This document shows positions 10,191-20,805 of a stretch of 64,000 nt of DNA, piece by piece. Source of the stretch: Thermodesulfobacteriota bacterium (lineage in GTDB: Bacteria; Desulfobacterota_D; UBA1144; Nemesobacterales; JAJCZQ01); NCBI GenBank assembly GCA_965203965.1, contig CBDBDR010000017.1:544001-608000 (forward strand). The letters run 5' to 3'. Both the position numbers and the translations under genes were made by a program. The notes under the pieces are model-generated. The model was not told where the DNA came from, made no database searches, and was given only the letters and a program-made list of their open reading frames with translations. Position 1 is the first letter of the stretch, and every line of letters begins with the position of its first letter.

Positions 10191-12779
10191 TTACTGGTCC
10201 ATATTACCTAACTTGGACTTAATATCTCTTAAAGTTTTCTCTCTTAACGTCTTGATGCTGTATGCTATCCTTCCATATTGAGTTTCAGAGAATTCTATAC
10301 CACCAGGAACTCTAAAGCTGTCTGCCTTATATAAATCAAGTGCATAATCCATATAATCTATCCATATTGGAAGTGCAGTTTTAGAACCAGGCTCTTTTTC
10401 TCCAAGAGAAAGATTATTATCTTTTCCAACCCAAACACCCGTTACAAGATCCGGACTATAACCAATAAACCACGCATCCTTGAAGTCATTAGATGTACCA
10501 GTTTTTCCTGCAATAGGTGATTTGTTGTTCAAAAAATTGGCTCTTATACCTGTTCCTTCTTTAACAACGGCTTGAAGCAAATCGGTAACCAAATAGGATA
10601 TATCCTCCGCTATTATTCTTTCAGGATTATTGGTTGTTTCTAAGATTAAACTTCTATTTTGTTTTAATATTTCAATGAACTCATTACTTGTTAAAAAACC
10701 GCTCTTTTCATCAATATCTTCATCGTTTAAGGCAATATAATCTCCTTCCTGTATGGTTTCATATTCATTAACACTTTGTGGTATCACTCTTCCCTTCTGT
10801 TCTGCTAACTTTTTCAACAATTCATTTCGTTGTGCCACTCTCTCTTTTTTTAATATTTTCTCCTTATCAATAAAGTATTCCCCTGTGTTATCCTCTATTA
10901 TTTGATCGTTCCTGTCATATATTCTTAAAATAAATCTTGGTTTTACCCATAAACCACCATTTGCAAAAATGGAGTAAGCCTGCACCATTTCTAAAAGAGT
11001 TACACTTGATCCTCCCAATACCAAAGATGGGTATGGATTCAGTTTGGAACTAAATTTGAATCTTCTACAATAATCCGCTGCATATTCTGTGCCAATATCC
11101 AGAATTAGCCTTACAGATGATAAATTTCTTGAATCTATTAGTGATTCCCGCAGCGTAATAGCACCCATGTATTCATCATCATAGTTTTTAGGTTCCCATT
11201 CGTCTATTGAAACAGGTGCATCAAACAGCAAAGACGTCTGAGTGTAACCTTTATCAAGGGCTGCGGAATAAATCAACGGCTTAAAAGAAGATCCTGGCTG
11301 TCTTAATGAAAAAGTTGATCTATTAAACTGTGAATCCTTGAATTCAACTCCACCGACCATTGCAACAACATTGCCGTTTTTATCAATTGATATAAGAGCA
11401 GATTGAGCATTGTTTTGAAACTTTAGCTCTACTTTTGCAATATTCTCATCAGTAATACCGTTGATTTTAACACTGATAATATCCCCAATAGAAAACTCTT
11501 CTGGGATAATATAAATATCTTTATAGGAGTTGACAGGCAAATACTTTTTTGAAAAATGGAATCCAATGCCTTCTTCAGGAAACAGACTATTTTCCTTGTT
11601 ATAAACAACATATTTGATCTCACCATTATAGTGGGAAAAGGAAACAGTTGCTGATTTTATGTGCCCCCTTACTTCTCTTACTTCAGTTACTACTGCATCG
11701 GTTGTCGTTCCATCTTTGTAATCTGTTCCAGCTTCATTCTGACCATGCAAATATAATTCTATGGAATCTCTTGAGTCCAGTTTTTCTTTGATAAAATTGT
11801 TATCCCATCTGGATTCATAATTATAAATACCTCTTTTTACAGCCCAATGAGCAGATAGACTCAGATCCACATCCATAGTTGTCATAACTTTATATCCCCC
11901 GAATCTGTATTGTTCTGTGCCCACCTTATTCTCAAGGTATTCTCTGGCATATTCAACAAAGTAAGGTGCAACCTGATAGTTAAAATCACTTTCTGAAATG
12001 ATACTGATTGGGTATTCAACAGCTTCTTTGAATTGACGGTCGTCAATTATTTCTTCTTTCCTCATAATATTCAAAACCAACTTTTGGCGATTTAAAGCAT
12101 TGTCTAAGTACTTTCTGGGAGAATATTTTTTGGGGCGTCTAGGTATTGCAGCAAGCAATGCAGCTTCAGCAACATTAATATCCCTGACGGATTTTCCAAA
12201 ATACCTGTTGCTTGCCGCCTCTACGCCATATATCCCTTCTGCAAGATAAATATGATTAAGATAAAGATATAAAATCTCATCTTTGGATAGATTTTTCTCA
12301 ATTCTGTATGAGAGTATTGCCTCCTTGAACTTTCGTGAAAACGTTCTTTCTGGAGTTAAAATCAGGTTCTTGGTAATTTGCTGTGTTATTGTGCTACCAC
12401 CTTCCACAACCTTCCCTTCCCTTATGTTTTGAACAATCGCCCTCAACACCCCCTTAAAATCCAGTCCAACATGATCAAAAAACCTTTTATCTTCAACAGC
12501 AATAAATGCACCTACCACATATTCGGGAATACTATCAAGATCAACCAGATTTCTTTTTCTGTAACCAAACCTCCCTACAAGCCTTCCATCTGATGAATAT
12601 ATTTCATTCACCAACGTTGGCTCATATTTGATTATTCCCTCCAAATTTGGTAGATCAGCAGAATAGCACCTATAGACAAGGTATGAAACACAAAACGACG
12701 TAATCATACAGGCCGCAAAAGACCATTTTATGATTTTTTTTATACGGGATCTATTTTTTTGGTGTTTTTGTTTGCTCAC
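10191..12779 (-). CDS. mrcA: Class A penicillin-binding protein (PBP1A)
   Basis: N-terminal TM; transglycosylase EDKRFFDH, GGSTITQQ, RKFKE; transpeptidase SSFK, SRN, KTGT. Confidence 0.9.
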   Translation of the reverse strand: MSKQKHQKNRSRIKKIIKWSFAACMITSFCVSYLVYRCYSADLPNLEGIIKYEPTLVNEIYSSDGRLVGRFGYRKRNLVDLDSIPEYVVGAFIAVEDKRFFDHVGLDFKGVLRAIVQNIREGKVVEGGSTITQQITKNLILTPERTFSRKFKEAILSYRIEKNLSKDEILYLYLNHIYLAEGIYGVEAASNRYFGKSVRDINVAEAALLAAIPRRPKKYSPRKYLDNALNRQKLVLNIMRKEEIIDDRQFKEAVEYPISIISESDFNYQVAPYFVEYAREYLENKVGTEQYRFGGYKVMTTMDVDLSLSAHWAVKRGIYNYESRWDNNFIKEKLDSRDSIELYLHGQNEAGTDYKDGTTTDAVVTEVREVRGHIKSATVSFSHYNGEIKYVVYNKENSLFPEEGIGFHFSKKYLPVNSYKDIYIIPEEFSIGDIISVKINGITDENIAKVELKFQNNAQSALISIDKNGNVVAMVGGVEFKDSQFNRSTFSLRQPGSSFKPLIYSAALDKGYTQTSLLFDAPVSIDEWEPKNYDDEYMGAITLRESLIDSRNLSSVRLILDIGTEYAADYCRRFKFSSKLNPYPSLVLGGSSVTLLEMVQAYSIFANGGLWVKPRFILRIYDRNDQIIEDNTGEYFIDKEKILKKERVAQRNELLKKLAEQKGRVIPQSVNEYETIQEGDYIALNDEDIDEKSGFLTSNEFIEILKQNRSLILETTNNPERIIAEDISYLVTDLLQAVVKEGTGIRANFLNNKSPIAGKTGTSNDFKDAWFIGYSPDLVTGVWVGKDNNLSLGEKEPGSKTALPIWIDYMDYALDLYKADSFRVPGGIEFSETQYGRIAYSIKTLREKTLRDIKSKLGNMDQ

Positions 12780-12813
12780 CGTTCGGTTGTTATTTAAGGT
12801 ATATTGTTAAAGT

Positions 12814-13026
12814 ATGTCTGAAGATAAGAAAAATAAAAATGAACCACTCAGTGTATATATCAGCAAGTTAACCGACCAGGAGTTAAAAATCTTGCTCTTA
12901 AAACTGAAAAATGAAGTAAAAAAACCGGATGCCTCTTGGAATGACATTAAAAGTATTCTTAGACAAATCAGTAAAAAGAACAGTGAGATACCTAAAGAAA
13001 TAATCCATTTTATACTGAACAATTAA
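12814..13026 (+). CDS. Small hypothetical protein
   Basis: 70-aa ORF divergent from PBP1A, fills the intergenic gap. Confidence 0.55.
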   Translation: MSEDKKNKNEPLSVYISKLTDQELKILLLKLKNEVKKPDASWNDIKSILRQISKKNSEIPKEIIHFILNN

Positions 13027-13043
13027 GGAATATAACCTGGTTT

Positions 13044-13391
13044 CTACTTAAGATGGGGTATCAATACCCACATTTTATTTTTAGTTCTTGTTCCCCACCC
13101 AGGTACCAGCAAAACAAATTCACTTACATACAGTTTTGTTTGCACTGGTTTAAATATGATTTTTCTTTTTCTCAAGCACTTTACTTCAATATCACCTTTA
13201 TCAATTAACAATAAGTTTTTGGTTTCTTCACTTTTTCCACTGCTGGACGTCTCAATTGCCAATCTTTTAACGTTTTTTCTTAACGGATCGGTTTTTGGTA
13301 TCAACCAACTTATTCTTTCCTCTGAAATTTCCAGCGTTAATTTTAAACACGGTTTATCGTCTTGATACCTATAGAGGCTGAAGCTATTCAT
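13044..13391 (-). CDS. LigD 3'-phosphoesterase-like protein with substituted catalytic residues
   Basis: LEI...SWLIPK...VKRLAIET...IDKG...WVLI matches the LigD PE pattern LE...SWAVPK...KRLAV...WDxG...WLLI; overlaps the coaX stop. Confidence 0.65.
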   Translation of the reverse strand: MNSFSLYRYQDDKPCLKLTLEISEERISWLIPKTDPLRKNVKRLAIETSSSGKSEETKNLLLIDKGDIEVKCLRKRKIIFKPVQTKLYVSEFVLLVPGWGTRTKNKMWVLIPHLK

Positions 13392-14148
13392 TTATCTCGT
13401 GTAAATATTTGAGCCCTTTTAATGTGAGGTTTTCTTCCACCTCTTCAATTTTCTTTGACTCGCTGGCAATGAACCTTGCAAGCCCGCCTGTGGCAATTAC
13501 CTTTGGCTTGTCATCAAAGCATTGACTAATTTTGTCTATTAATCCATCAATCAAAGCTGCATAACCGTAGATTATGCCAGATTGAATACTCTCAACCGTA
13601 TTTTTTCCAATAATATTTTTCGGCTTTATAAATTCAACTCTGGGAAGTCTGGATGCTTTATGAAAGAGTGCATCTGATGATATTTTTATCCCCGGCGTAA
13701 TTACACCTCCAAGATATTCTCCCTTGCTTGATACACAGTCAAAAGTTGTAGCAGTTCCAAAGTCAACTATTATAAGCCCCGTTTTATACTCCCTAAATGC
13801 TGCAACTGAGTTAGTAATCCGATCTGCGCCGACTTCATCGGGATTATCGTACAAATTTGGCATACCTGTTTTGATGGCGCTGCTTACCATCAAAGGTTCT
13901 ATATTAAAATATCTCTTAACCATCTCCATAAAAACATCAGAAAGATCAGGAACAACACAGGAAATAATTGATGAATTTAGATTGGTTATGTCAATTCCGT
14001 TCTTTACTATCAAATCTGAAAAAATAACGGCGTATTCATCGGTGGTCTTATTCTTATTGGTGTTAATCCTAATAGTTAATAGCAGGTTATAACCTCTGTA
14101 GATTCCTCCTACTATATTTGTATTACCAATATCTATGGCTAGCAGCAT
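13384..14148 (-). CDS. coaX: Type III pantothenate kinase
   Basis: AIDIGNT, GADR, VDFGTATT, YLGGVITPG, ATGG. Confidence 0.95.
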   Translation of the reverse strand: MLLAIDIGNTNIVGGIYRGYNLLLTIRINTNKNKTTDEYAVIFSDLIVKNGIDITNLNSSIISCVVPDLSDVFMEMVKRYFNIEPLMVSSAIKTGMPNLYDNPDEVGADRITNSVAAFREYKTGLIIVDFGTATTFDCVSSKGEYLGGVITPGIKISSDALFHKASRLPRVEFIKPKNIIGKNTVESIQSGIIYGYAALIDGLIDKISQCFDDKPKVIATGGLARFIASESKKIEEVEENLTLKGLKYLHEINE

Positions 14149-14276
14149 GAGATTTTATTATTCTTTATTTTGAGTAGAAATAAAGGATAATTATAAAAAT
14201 TTGCAAAACCTGCGAAGGTTGTAGTTACACAGTGTGTCTTATTTTATAAAACTTTTGAATTATCCTTGCTTGCAAA

Positions 14277-15203
14277 ATGAAAATTATAATAACTGGCGGT
14301 GCAGGATTTATTGGTTCATGGGTTGTTGATTGCTACTTGAAGAACAATCATAAAGTGTTGGTTATGGATAATCTATACGGTGGAAGTAAGGAAAACATTT
14401 CCGCTGATGCCGAATTTGTTGAATGTGACATCAGAGATGCGTCCACTGTGGAAAAAGTTTTTAAAGAATTCCAGCCGGAAATAGTAAATCACCATGCCGC
14501 TCAAAAAAATGTCAGACTATCAGTTGACAACCCGTACCTTGACGCCGACGTTAATATAATGGGTTTGCTTAATATCCTTGAAAGTTCCAGGAAGTCAGAC
14601 GTTAAAAAAATCATCTTTGCTTCAACTGGTGGAGCGATATATGGGGAACCGGAAATACTGCCTGCAGATGAAACGACTGACGAAAAACCTCTTTCACCTT
14701 ACGGAGTTTCAAAGCTATGCGCCGAATCCTATCTGGCTTATTACAAGGAGTTATATGGATTAAGTTACACCGCTCTAAGATATTCAAATGTTTATGGGGG
14801 AAGACAAAATCCACAAGGTGGTGCTGGTATAGTGGCAATATTTTGTAATAACATGCTCAACGGAATTAATTGTAAAATTTTTGGCGATGGGAAGCAAACA
14901 AGAGACTATGTATATTGTGAAGATGTTGCGAGAGCGAATCTCTTGTCCCTTACTTACCCGGATACGGATGGAATATACAACATTGGAACATCGGTTGAAA
15001 CTTCCATTAATGAAATATTTGAAAATCTAAAGCAAATCTCCGGGAGCATTTCTAAGGCTGAATATCTACCGGGGAATTTAGGAGAAGTTAAAAGAATTTC
15101 ACTGAATAGTTCATCAGCTGCCAGAAAGTTGAATTGGAAACCTCAAATTAGTTTTAATAAAGGTTTAAAAAAAACTTGGGAATGGTTCAATAAAAATAAA
15201 TAA
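14277..15203 (+). CDS. NAD-dependent epimerase/dehydratase (UDP-glucose 4-epimerase-like)
   Basis: TGGAGFIG, STGGAIYG, YGVSK, LRYSNVYG, GDGKQTRDY. Confidence 0.9.
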   Translation: MKIIITGGAGFIGSWVVDCYLKNNHKVLVMDNLYGGSKENISADAEFVECDIRDASTVEKVFKEFQPEIVNHHAAQKNVRLSVDNPYLDADVNIMGLLNILESSRKSDVKKIIFASTGGAIYGEPEILPADETTDEKPLSPYGVSKLCAESYLAYYKELYGLSYTALRYSNVYGGRQNPQGGAGIVAIFCNNMLNGINCKIFGDGKQTRDYVYCEDVARANLLSLTYPDTDGIYNIGTSVETSINEIFENLKQISGSISKAEYLPGNLGEVKRISLNSSSAARKLNWKPQISFNKGLKKTWEWFNKNK

Positions 15204-15275
15204 TTCCATACAATACTACTTACCAATTGATAACAATCTGACTAATTGGTATTCTTTCACGTTAAGGAGATATAA

Positions 15276-15470
15276 ATGCCCAAAAAAGATGAAAAATTTT
15301 TTGATGTAAGAGTTTCAAACAGATACATAAAAGAAGGTATGCTGACCAAAAAGGAGTATGACAGTTTCATAAAAAATCTTCCAGATATTGAGGATAAAAG
15401 TGAACCTCTTATCATAGAAGATGAAAAAACTGAGATAGAAGAAAATACAGAATTAGTAGAAGATGAGTAA
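15276..15470 (+). CDS. Small acidic hypothetical protein
   Basis: AAGGAG RBS; FDVRV..RYIKEG.LTK.EY..F.KNLPD resembles a small deltaproteobacterial family (recalled, unverified). Confidence 0.7.
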   Translation: MPKKDEKFFDVRVSNRYIKEGMLTKKEYDSFIKNLPDIEDKSEPLIIEDEKTEIEENTELVEDE

Positions 15471-15525
15471 AAACAGGAAGTACGGGACATAGTTCCGCAA
15501 AAAATCTGAAAATAGTGGGGATTAA

Positions 15526-17055
15526 CTATTCCCATTCAATTGTGCTTGGCGGTTTAGTGGATATGTCATACACAACCCTGTTTACCCCTTCAACTTCGTT
15601 AATTATTCGAGTTGAAACTTTTTCAAGAACATTATCAGGTATTCTTGCCCAACTTGCCGTCATGCCATCAATGCTTGTAACAGCACGCAGTGCTATAACA
15701 TTGTCATAAGTTCTTTTATCGCCCATAACACCAACGGTTCTTATAGGAAGAAAAACACAAAACGCCTGCCAGATTTCATTATACAGGTCAGAGTTTTTTA
15801 ATTCTTCAATAAATATACGATCCGACATTCTCAGTATATTTAAACGCTCTTCATTGATCTCCCCTATTATCCTGATAGCAAGTCCCGGACCCGGAAACGG
15901 GTGCCTGTTCAGCAAATCAGGGGAAATCCCTATTGCACTTCCTACCTTTCTGACTTCGTCCTTAAAAAGCTCTCTTAATGGCTCAATTAGCTTGAGTTTC
16001 ATTTTTTCAGGCAATCCCCCCACGTTATGATGTGATTTTATAGTTGCTGAAGGTCCTTTTACATTCACACTTTCTATAACGTCTGGATAAAGGGTTCCTT
16101 GTGCCAAATATTTAACTCCTGAAATCTGTGCGGCTTCTTTCTCAAATACCTTTATAAACTCATCACCTATTATTTTTCTTTTTTCCTCGGGGTCGGTAAT
16201 TTTTCTCAGTCTCTTTATAAACCTGTTTCCTGCATCAATTGTCATAAGATTAAGACTCAGATTTTTAAATCCTTCTACAACTTCTCTACTTTCATTAAGC
16301 CTCATTAATCCTGTATCAACATAAATACAGGTTAACTTATCGCCTATTGCTTCATTGATGAGCACGGCAGCTACAGTTGAATCTACACCTCCTGACAACC
16401 CACAAATGACTTTTGACTCCGTGACTTCTTCCTTAATCCTCTTTATTGCATTTTCAACAAATGAACCGGGATTCCATTCACTCTTTAAATTGCATACCAA
16501 ACGTAGAAAATTTTTGAGTATATCTTTCCCACAGGGAGTATGAACAACTTCAGGATGGAATTGCATACCATAAATTTGCTTTGCTTTATGCTTTATGGAG
16601 GCAATGGGTGAATTAGCGGTCTTTGCCAAAGATAAAAAGCCTTCAGGGAGAGTCAATATCTTATCACCATGAGACATCCACACTTCTTTGCTATGAATAG
16701 CATGAAAAAGAGGATCATTTTCTAATATTTCAATATGAGCAGGACCAAACTCTCGCTTACTAGATATTTCAACCTCTCCACCCAGCACATGAACAATAAG
16801 CTGCATACCGTAGCAGATACCGAGTATTGGAATATCTATTTCCAACAAATATTTATCAATACTGGGTGCATCCTTGTCCCATACACTTGAAGGACTACCC
16901 GAAAGTACAATCGCCCCGGGTGAAGATTTCTTGATTTCCTCGATGGTTGTGTTGAAAGGTTTAATCTCTGAAAAAATTCCCAGCTCACGTATTCGTCTGG
17001 CTATGAGCTGAGTATATTGAGAACCAAAATCCAGTACTAATACAGTCTCGGACAT
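15526..17055 (-). CDS. guaA: GMP synthase
   Basis: [47 protein letters not shown]. Confidence 0.98.
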   Translation of the reverse strand: MSETVLVLDFGSQYTQLIARRIRELGIFSEIKPFNTTIEEIKKSSPGAIVLSGSPSSVWDKDAPSIDKYLLEIDIPILGICYGMQLIVHVLGGEVEISSKREFGPAHIEILENDPLFHAIHSKEVWMSHGDKILTLPEGFLSLAKTANSPIASIKHKAKQIYGMQFHPEVVHTPCGKDILKNFLRLVCNLKSEWNPGSFVENAIKRIKEEVTESKVICGLSGGVDSTVAAVLINEAIGDKLTCIYVDTGLMRLNESREVVEGFKNLSLNLMTIDAGNRFIKRLRKITDPEEKRKIIGDEFIKVFEKEAAQISGVKYLAQGTLYPDVIESVNVKGPSATIKSHHNVGGLPEKMKLKLIEPLRELFKDEVRKVGSAIGISPDLLNRHPFPGPGLAIRIIGEINEERLNILRMSDRIFIEELKNSDLYNEIWQAFCVFLPIRTVGVMGDKRTYDNVIALRAVTSIDGMTASWARIPDNVLEKVSTRIINEVEGVNRVVYDISTKPPSTIEWE

Positions 17056-17071
17056 ATAGAAAACGAAGGAA

Positions 17072-18541
17072 TCACTCTATTCTGTAGTTTGGAGCCTCAT
17101 TCGTAATAATCACGTCATGCACGTGACCTTCTTTGAACCCGGCATTTGTAATTTTTATGAAATTAGCACTGCTTCTGAGTGTTTTTAAATTTTTACAACC
17201 CATATAGCCCATGCCGGATTTCAAACCACCGACAAGCTGGTAAATTACTCCACCCAACGAGCCTTTATATGGCACCCTTCCCTCTATACCTTCCGGAACC
17301 AATTTGGATTCAATCATTTCGTCCTGTGCGTAACGGTCTTTACTGCTGCCCTGCTTCATTGCTTCTATGGATCCCATTCCCCTGTAAACCTTATAAGTTC
17401 TCCCTTGAAATAAAACCGCCTCACCAGGAGCTTCATTTGTTCCTGCAAACAAATTGCCGATCATGACAGAGTAAGCTCCAAATGCGAGGGCTTTTGTAAT
17501 ATCACCTGAATATTTTATTCCACCGTCTGCAATTATTGGAACTTTTTTCTTCTCGCTAGCTTTGAACACTTCATTAATTGCAGTTACCTGCGGAACTCCA
17601 ATGCCGGAAATTATCCTAGTAGTGCATATTGAACCGGGACCAACTCCCACTTTTAGAGCATCTGCCCCTGCTTTAATCAATGCTTCTGCCGCATCAGAAG
17701 TTGCAATATTACCAGCCAGTACCTCAATATCTTTAAAGTTTTTCTTTATATCTTTAACGCTGTCTATAACCCTCTTGGAATGAGCATGGGCTGTATCAAC
17801 AGCAATAAAATCGCAGCCCACTTTGATCAGTTGTTCAACTCTCTCATCTCTTTCAGTACCCACACCAACTGCGGCACCACATCTGAGCCTTCCCATATCA
17901 TCTTTAGAAGCATTTGGAAATTTTTTTATTTTTTCAATATCCTTCATGGTTATCAAACCGCGAAGCTTGAACTTTGAATCTACAACGGGAAGTTTTTCAA
18001 TCTTATACTTGTGAAGCAAATCCTTTGCACTCTCAAGTGTCTTACCTTCCCTTAATGTTATTAAATTCTTCTGCGGAGTCATTACCCGTTTTATCTTATA
18101 GTCAAGGTTCTTCTCAAATCTCAAATCCCTGTTTGTAATTATTCCACGTAAAATACCATCATCGTCAGTTACGGGAAGACCTGTTATATCGTGCTTGACC
18201 ATAATATCCAGGGCTTCACGTACCAGTTGGTCTCCACTTACGGTAAGTGGGTTGACTATCATGCCACTTTCAAATTTCTTTACCTTTTCAACCTCTGCAA
18301 CCTGTTTCTCCACGCTCACATTACGATGAATTATTCCAATACCACCTTCTTGTGCCATAGTGATAGCGGTTTTAGCTTCTGTAACAGTATCCATTGCTGC
18401 ACTTACAAGTGGAATATTCAATTTTATTCGAGGAGTTAAACTTGTTGATACATCTACTTCATTTGGCAAAATTTCAGAGTAGGAAGGGATCAATAAAACG
18501 TCATCAAATGTCAGGGCTTCTTCTATCTTGCCCTTGTTCAT
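17072..18541 (-). CDS. guaB: IMP dehydrogenase with CBS domains
   Basis: [32 protein letters not shown]. Confidence 0.98.
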   Translation of the reverse strand: MNKGKIEEALTFDDVLLIPSYSEILPNEVDVSTSLTPRIKLNIPLVSAAMDTVTEAKTAITMAQEGGIGIIHRNVSVEKQVAEVEKVKKFESGMIVNPLTVSGDQLVREALDIMVKHDITGLPVTDDDGILRGIITNRDLRFEKNLDYKIKRVMTPQKNLITLREGKTLESAKDLLHKYKIEKLPVVDSKFKLRGLITMKDIEKIKKFPNASKDDMGRLRCGAAVGVGTERDERVEQLIKVGCDFIAVDTAHAHSKRVIDSVKDIKKNFKDIEVLAGNIATSDAAEALIKAGADALKVGVGPGSICTTRIISGIGVPQVTAINEVFKASEKKKVPIIADGGIKYSGDITKALAFGAYSVMIGNLFAGTNEAPGEAVLFQGRTYKVYRGMGSIEAMKQGSSKDRYAQDEMIESKLVPEGIEGRVPYKGSLGGVIYQLVGGLKSGMGYMGCKNLKTLRSSANFIKITNAGFKEGHVHDVIITNEAPNYRIE

Positions 18542-19023
18542 TGCTTCTTACCTTTTACTTTTGTCTTGGCTGGCTTTTTTACATTCGTTGCAGCCTTGGC
18601 TTTTGGTGTTTTTTTATCCTTGGGAGATTGTTTTTTTTTTGAACTTGTTACTGAGGATTTACTATTTTCAGTCTTTGTTTTTTTAGAGATTGGAGCAGAT
18701 CTCCCAATGCTTTTATTACTTTTTTCAACTACTTTTCCTGTATCCATTCTGGCAACAACAATTTCTTGAAATAATTCCACAGTTTTTTTTCTCGTCTCGG
18801 GAATAGCAACTCCAAGTTCAAACTCTATCTCCTGATTTTTTCCTATGAGATGAAAGAATACAGGCAAAACACCTACATAAGTATTGGCACTAACTTTCTC
18901 AAATCCGAGTGATTTAAGCAATCCTTTTTGGAAAACAGGAAGCTGCATGGTTGCAACCTCCATAGTTTCTTGAGGCAATAATCCATCCTGACTTAAACTT
19001 ATTTTTATCTTGGTAGTTTTCAT
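18538..19023 (-). CDS. Hypothetical protein with Lys/Ser-rich C-terminal tail, first gene of the guaB-guaA unit
   Basis: 161-aa ORF overlapping the guaB start by ATGA. Confidence 0.7.
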   Translation of the reverse strand: MKTTKIKISLSQDGLLPQETMEVATMQLPVFQKGLLKSLGFEKVSANTYVGVLPVFFHLIGKNQEIEFELGVAIPETRKKTVELFQEIVVARMDTGKVVEKSNKSIGRSAPISKKTKTENSKSSVTSSKKKQSPKDKKTPKAKAATNVKKPAKTKVKGKKQ

Positions 19024-19031
19024 AGTTCATC

Positions 19032-19114
19032 AGAAACTCCCATTGCAACATCTCTTTTTATATCAGGGAGTTTCTTACAATTAAATTATATTATTTAAGT
19101 AAAAGATATTACAA
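19032..19114 (-). promoter_or_regulatory. Putative promoter plus 5' leader hairpin covering the likely RBS of the guaB-operon lead gene
   Basis: Minus strand TTGTAA (19114-19109), 18-nt spacer, TATAAT (19090-19085); 10-bp inverted repeat 19032-19041 / 19066-19075 contains GGGAG. Confidence 0.5.
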
Positions 19115-19155
19115 TACAGGGAAGATTGAGAATTAGCAAGACAATGTTAATCAGA

Positions 19156-20577
19156 TCATTTTGAAGACGATTCGTAACCTATGATATCAACTTTGAATTT
19201 TAAACCTAATATTTTATTCCGAGCTGGAAAAAAAGAAGAAAAAGGCACTTTTTCATTCGGTTTTATGTCAGAGTTTAACCCATTCACGCTAGTAAAGTTT
19301 TTGTAATTTATCTGACCTTTTTTATTTGTAAGTTTTGAATACAACTTATCTAAAGCTTGGTTTTTCATTGCCCAGTCTGAAAGAAGGTTCCCAGCATAAA
19401 TTTCCTGAGAATAAACAGCCACATCTTCTGAAATGTAGCCCACTTTCAACTTAACAAAACTGATTGGTTCATTTGAACGATTTACGACGCTACCCGAAAC
19501 AACATATATCTGTCCATGCTTTGAACTGATCCATCTGCCGTTTTCTTCAACAATCTCCAACATCTTCATGGATAAATTTGTATAATCCTCAATCAAGTCA
19601 GTTGCTGTAGATTTGAGTTTATTGTAATAATCATTTGGATTCTCAAAGAAAACAACCACCTCACGTCCGATTTTAGAGTAATAATCATTCGGGTAGACAT
19701 TCGATTTATCTAATAAAAATGACGAGAGTGTGATTAATACACCTGAGAAAAATAATACAATTATCAGTACGAATATTTTTCCCAAAAAACCACGAGACTG
19801 CTTTTGTTCAGAACTTTCAATCCTACTCGACTGATCTGGAGGGTCAGATTCCTCAACATCCTCTGTCATTTTATCAGACTCAGGTTTCAGTTTATCCAAT
19901 ACATCTAAATCAAATTTCAGTTCATCATTTGAAGACCCTTGAGTTTTATCATAAGAAGACTGATCTGGAGGGTCAGATTCCTCAACATCCTCTGTCATTT
20001 TATCAGACTCAGGTTTCAGTTTATCCAATACATCTAAATCAAATTTCAGTTCATCATTTGAAGACCCTTGAGTTTTATCATAAGAAGACTGATCTGGAGG
20101 GTCAGATTCCTCAACATCCTCTGTCATTTTATCAGACTCAGGTTTCAGTTTATCCAATACATCTAAATCAAATTTCAGTTCATCATTTGAAGACCCTTGA
20201 GTTTTATCATAAGAAGACTGATCTGGAGAAGCAGATGTCTCAACATCCTCATGAGGCTGTGTATCATCAATGTCTTTCTTTAACTGCTCACCTTGACCGG
20301 AAGTTGAGAAACTCGATTCTTCTACCAACTGTTCATTATAAGAATTCATTTCTTCATATAAATCTTCAATGTAGCTGTCATCAGTGTCTGACAATGGTAG
20401 AGTAACGTTTTGTTTCTCAATCTCTAATGCTTTATCGTTTTCGTGTTCATCAAAAAGCTCACCTTCAAAAAAGAAAACAACTCCACAATTCGTGCATTTG
20501 ACCTCCATTCCAAGAGGGTTTATTTCCCCCTCATCAAGCCTTATCTCAGCATCACATTCTTGACATTTAATAATCAT
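19156..20577 (-). CDS. MJ0042-type zinc-ribbon membrane protein with acidic repeat linker and DUF3426-like C-terminal domain
   Basis: CQEC...VKCTNC at the N-terminus, acidic linker, one TM (IFVLIIVLFFSGVLITL), VVSGSVVNRS...VPF domain. Confidence 0.8.
   Translation of the reverse strand: MIIKCQECDAEIRLDEGEINPLGMEVKCTNCGVVFFFEGELFDEHENDKALEIEKQNVTLPLSDTDDSYIEDLYEEMNSYNEQLVEESSFSTSGQGEQLKKDIDDTQPHEDVETSASPDQSSYDKTQGSSNDELKFDLDVLDKLKPESDKMTEDVEESDPPDQSSYDKTQGSSNDELKFDLDVLDKLKPESDKMTEDVEESDPPDQSSYDKTQGSSNDELKFDLDVLDKLKPESDKMTEDVEESDPPDQSSRIESSEQKQSRGFLGKIFVLIIVLFFSGVLITLSSFLLDKSNVYPNDYYSKIGREVVVFFENPNDYYNKLKSTATDLIEDYTNLSMKMLEIVEENGRWISSKHGQIYVVSGSVVNRSNEPISFVKLKVGYISEDVAVYSQEIYAGNLLSDWAMKNQALDKLYSKLTNKKGQINYKNFTSVNGLNSDIKPNEKVPFSSFFPARNKILGLKFKVDIIGYESSSK
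19829..20228. repeat. 129-nt perfect tandem repeat x3 plus partial copy (43-aa unit)
   Basis: gactgatctggag... starts at 19829, 19958, 20087 and 20216. Confidence 0.97.
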
Positions 20578-20805
20578 AATTTAAGCAGGTAGATTTCAGT
20601 ACCAATATTAAAATCAACTTGTAGAAGGCTATAAAATAATTCTAATGCAGTCAAGCATCTTTTATACATACAAACTTACCATAAATGTTCAAATTTACCT
20701 TCGAGCATAAGTAACAGAGACGAACAAACAACTATTGCAAACAAGTTCTTTTTTCTGTAAAGTATATTTTTAGTACTAAACGGCAAAGGGGTTAACAAAC
20801 AGAGT

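Noticed and set aside
19024..19090. Purine riboswitch upstream of guaB
   Set aside because: The GGGAGTTTCT similarity is only local; the P2/P3 loops and CCGTAAA motif are absent
19829..20228. CRISPR array
   Set aside because: Units are contiguous, identical and in-frame coding, with no unique spacers and no cas genes
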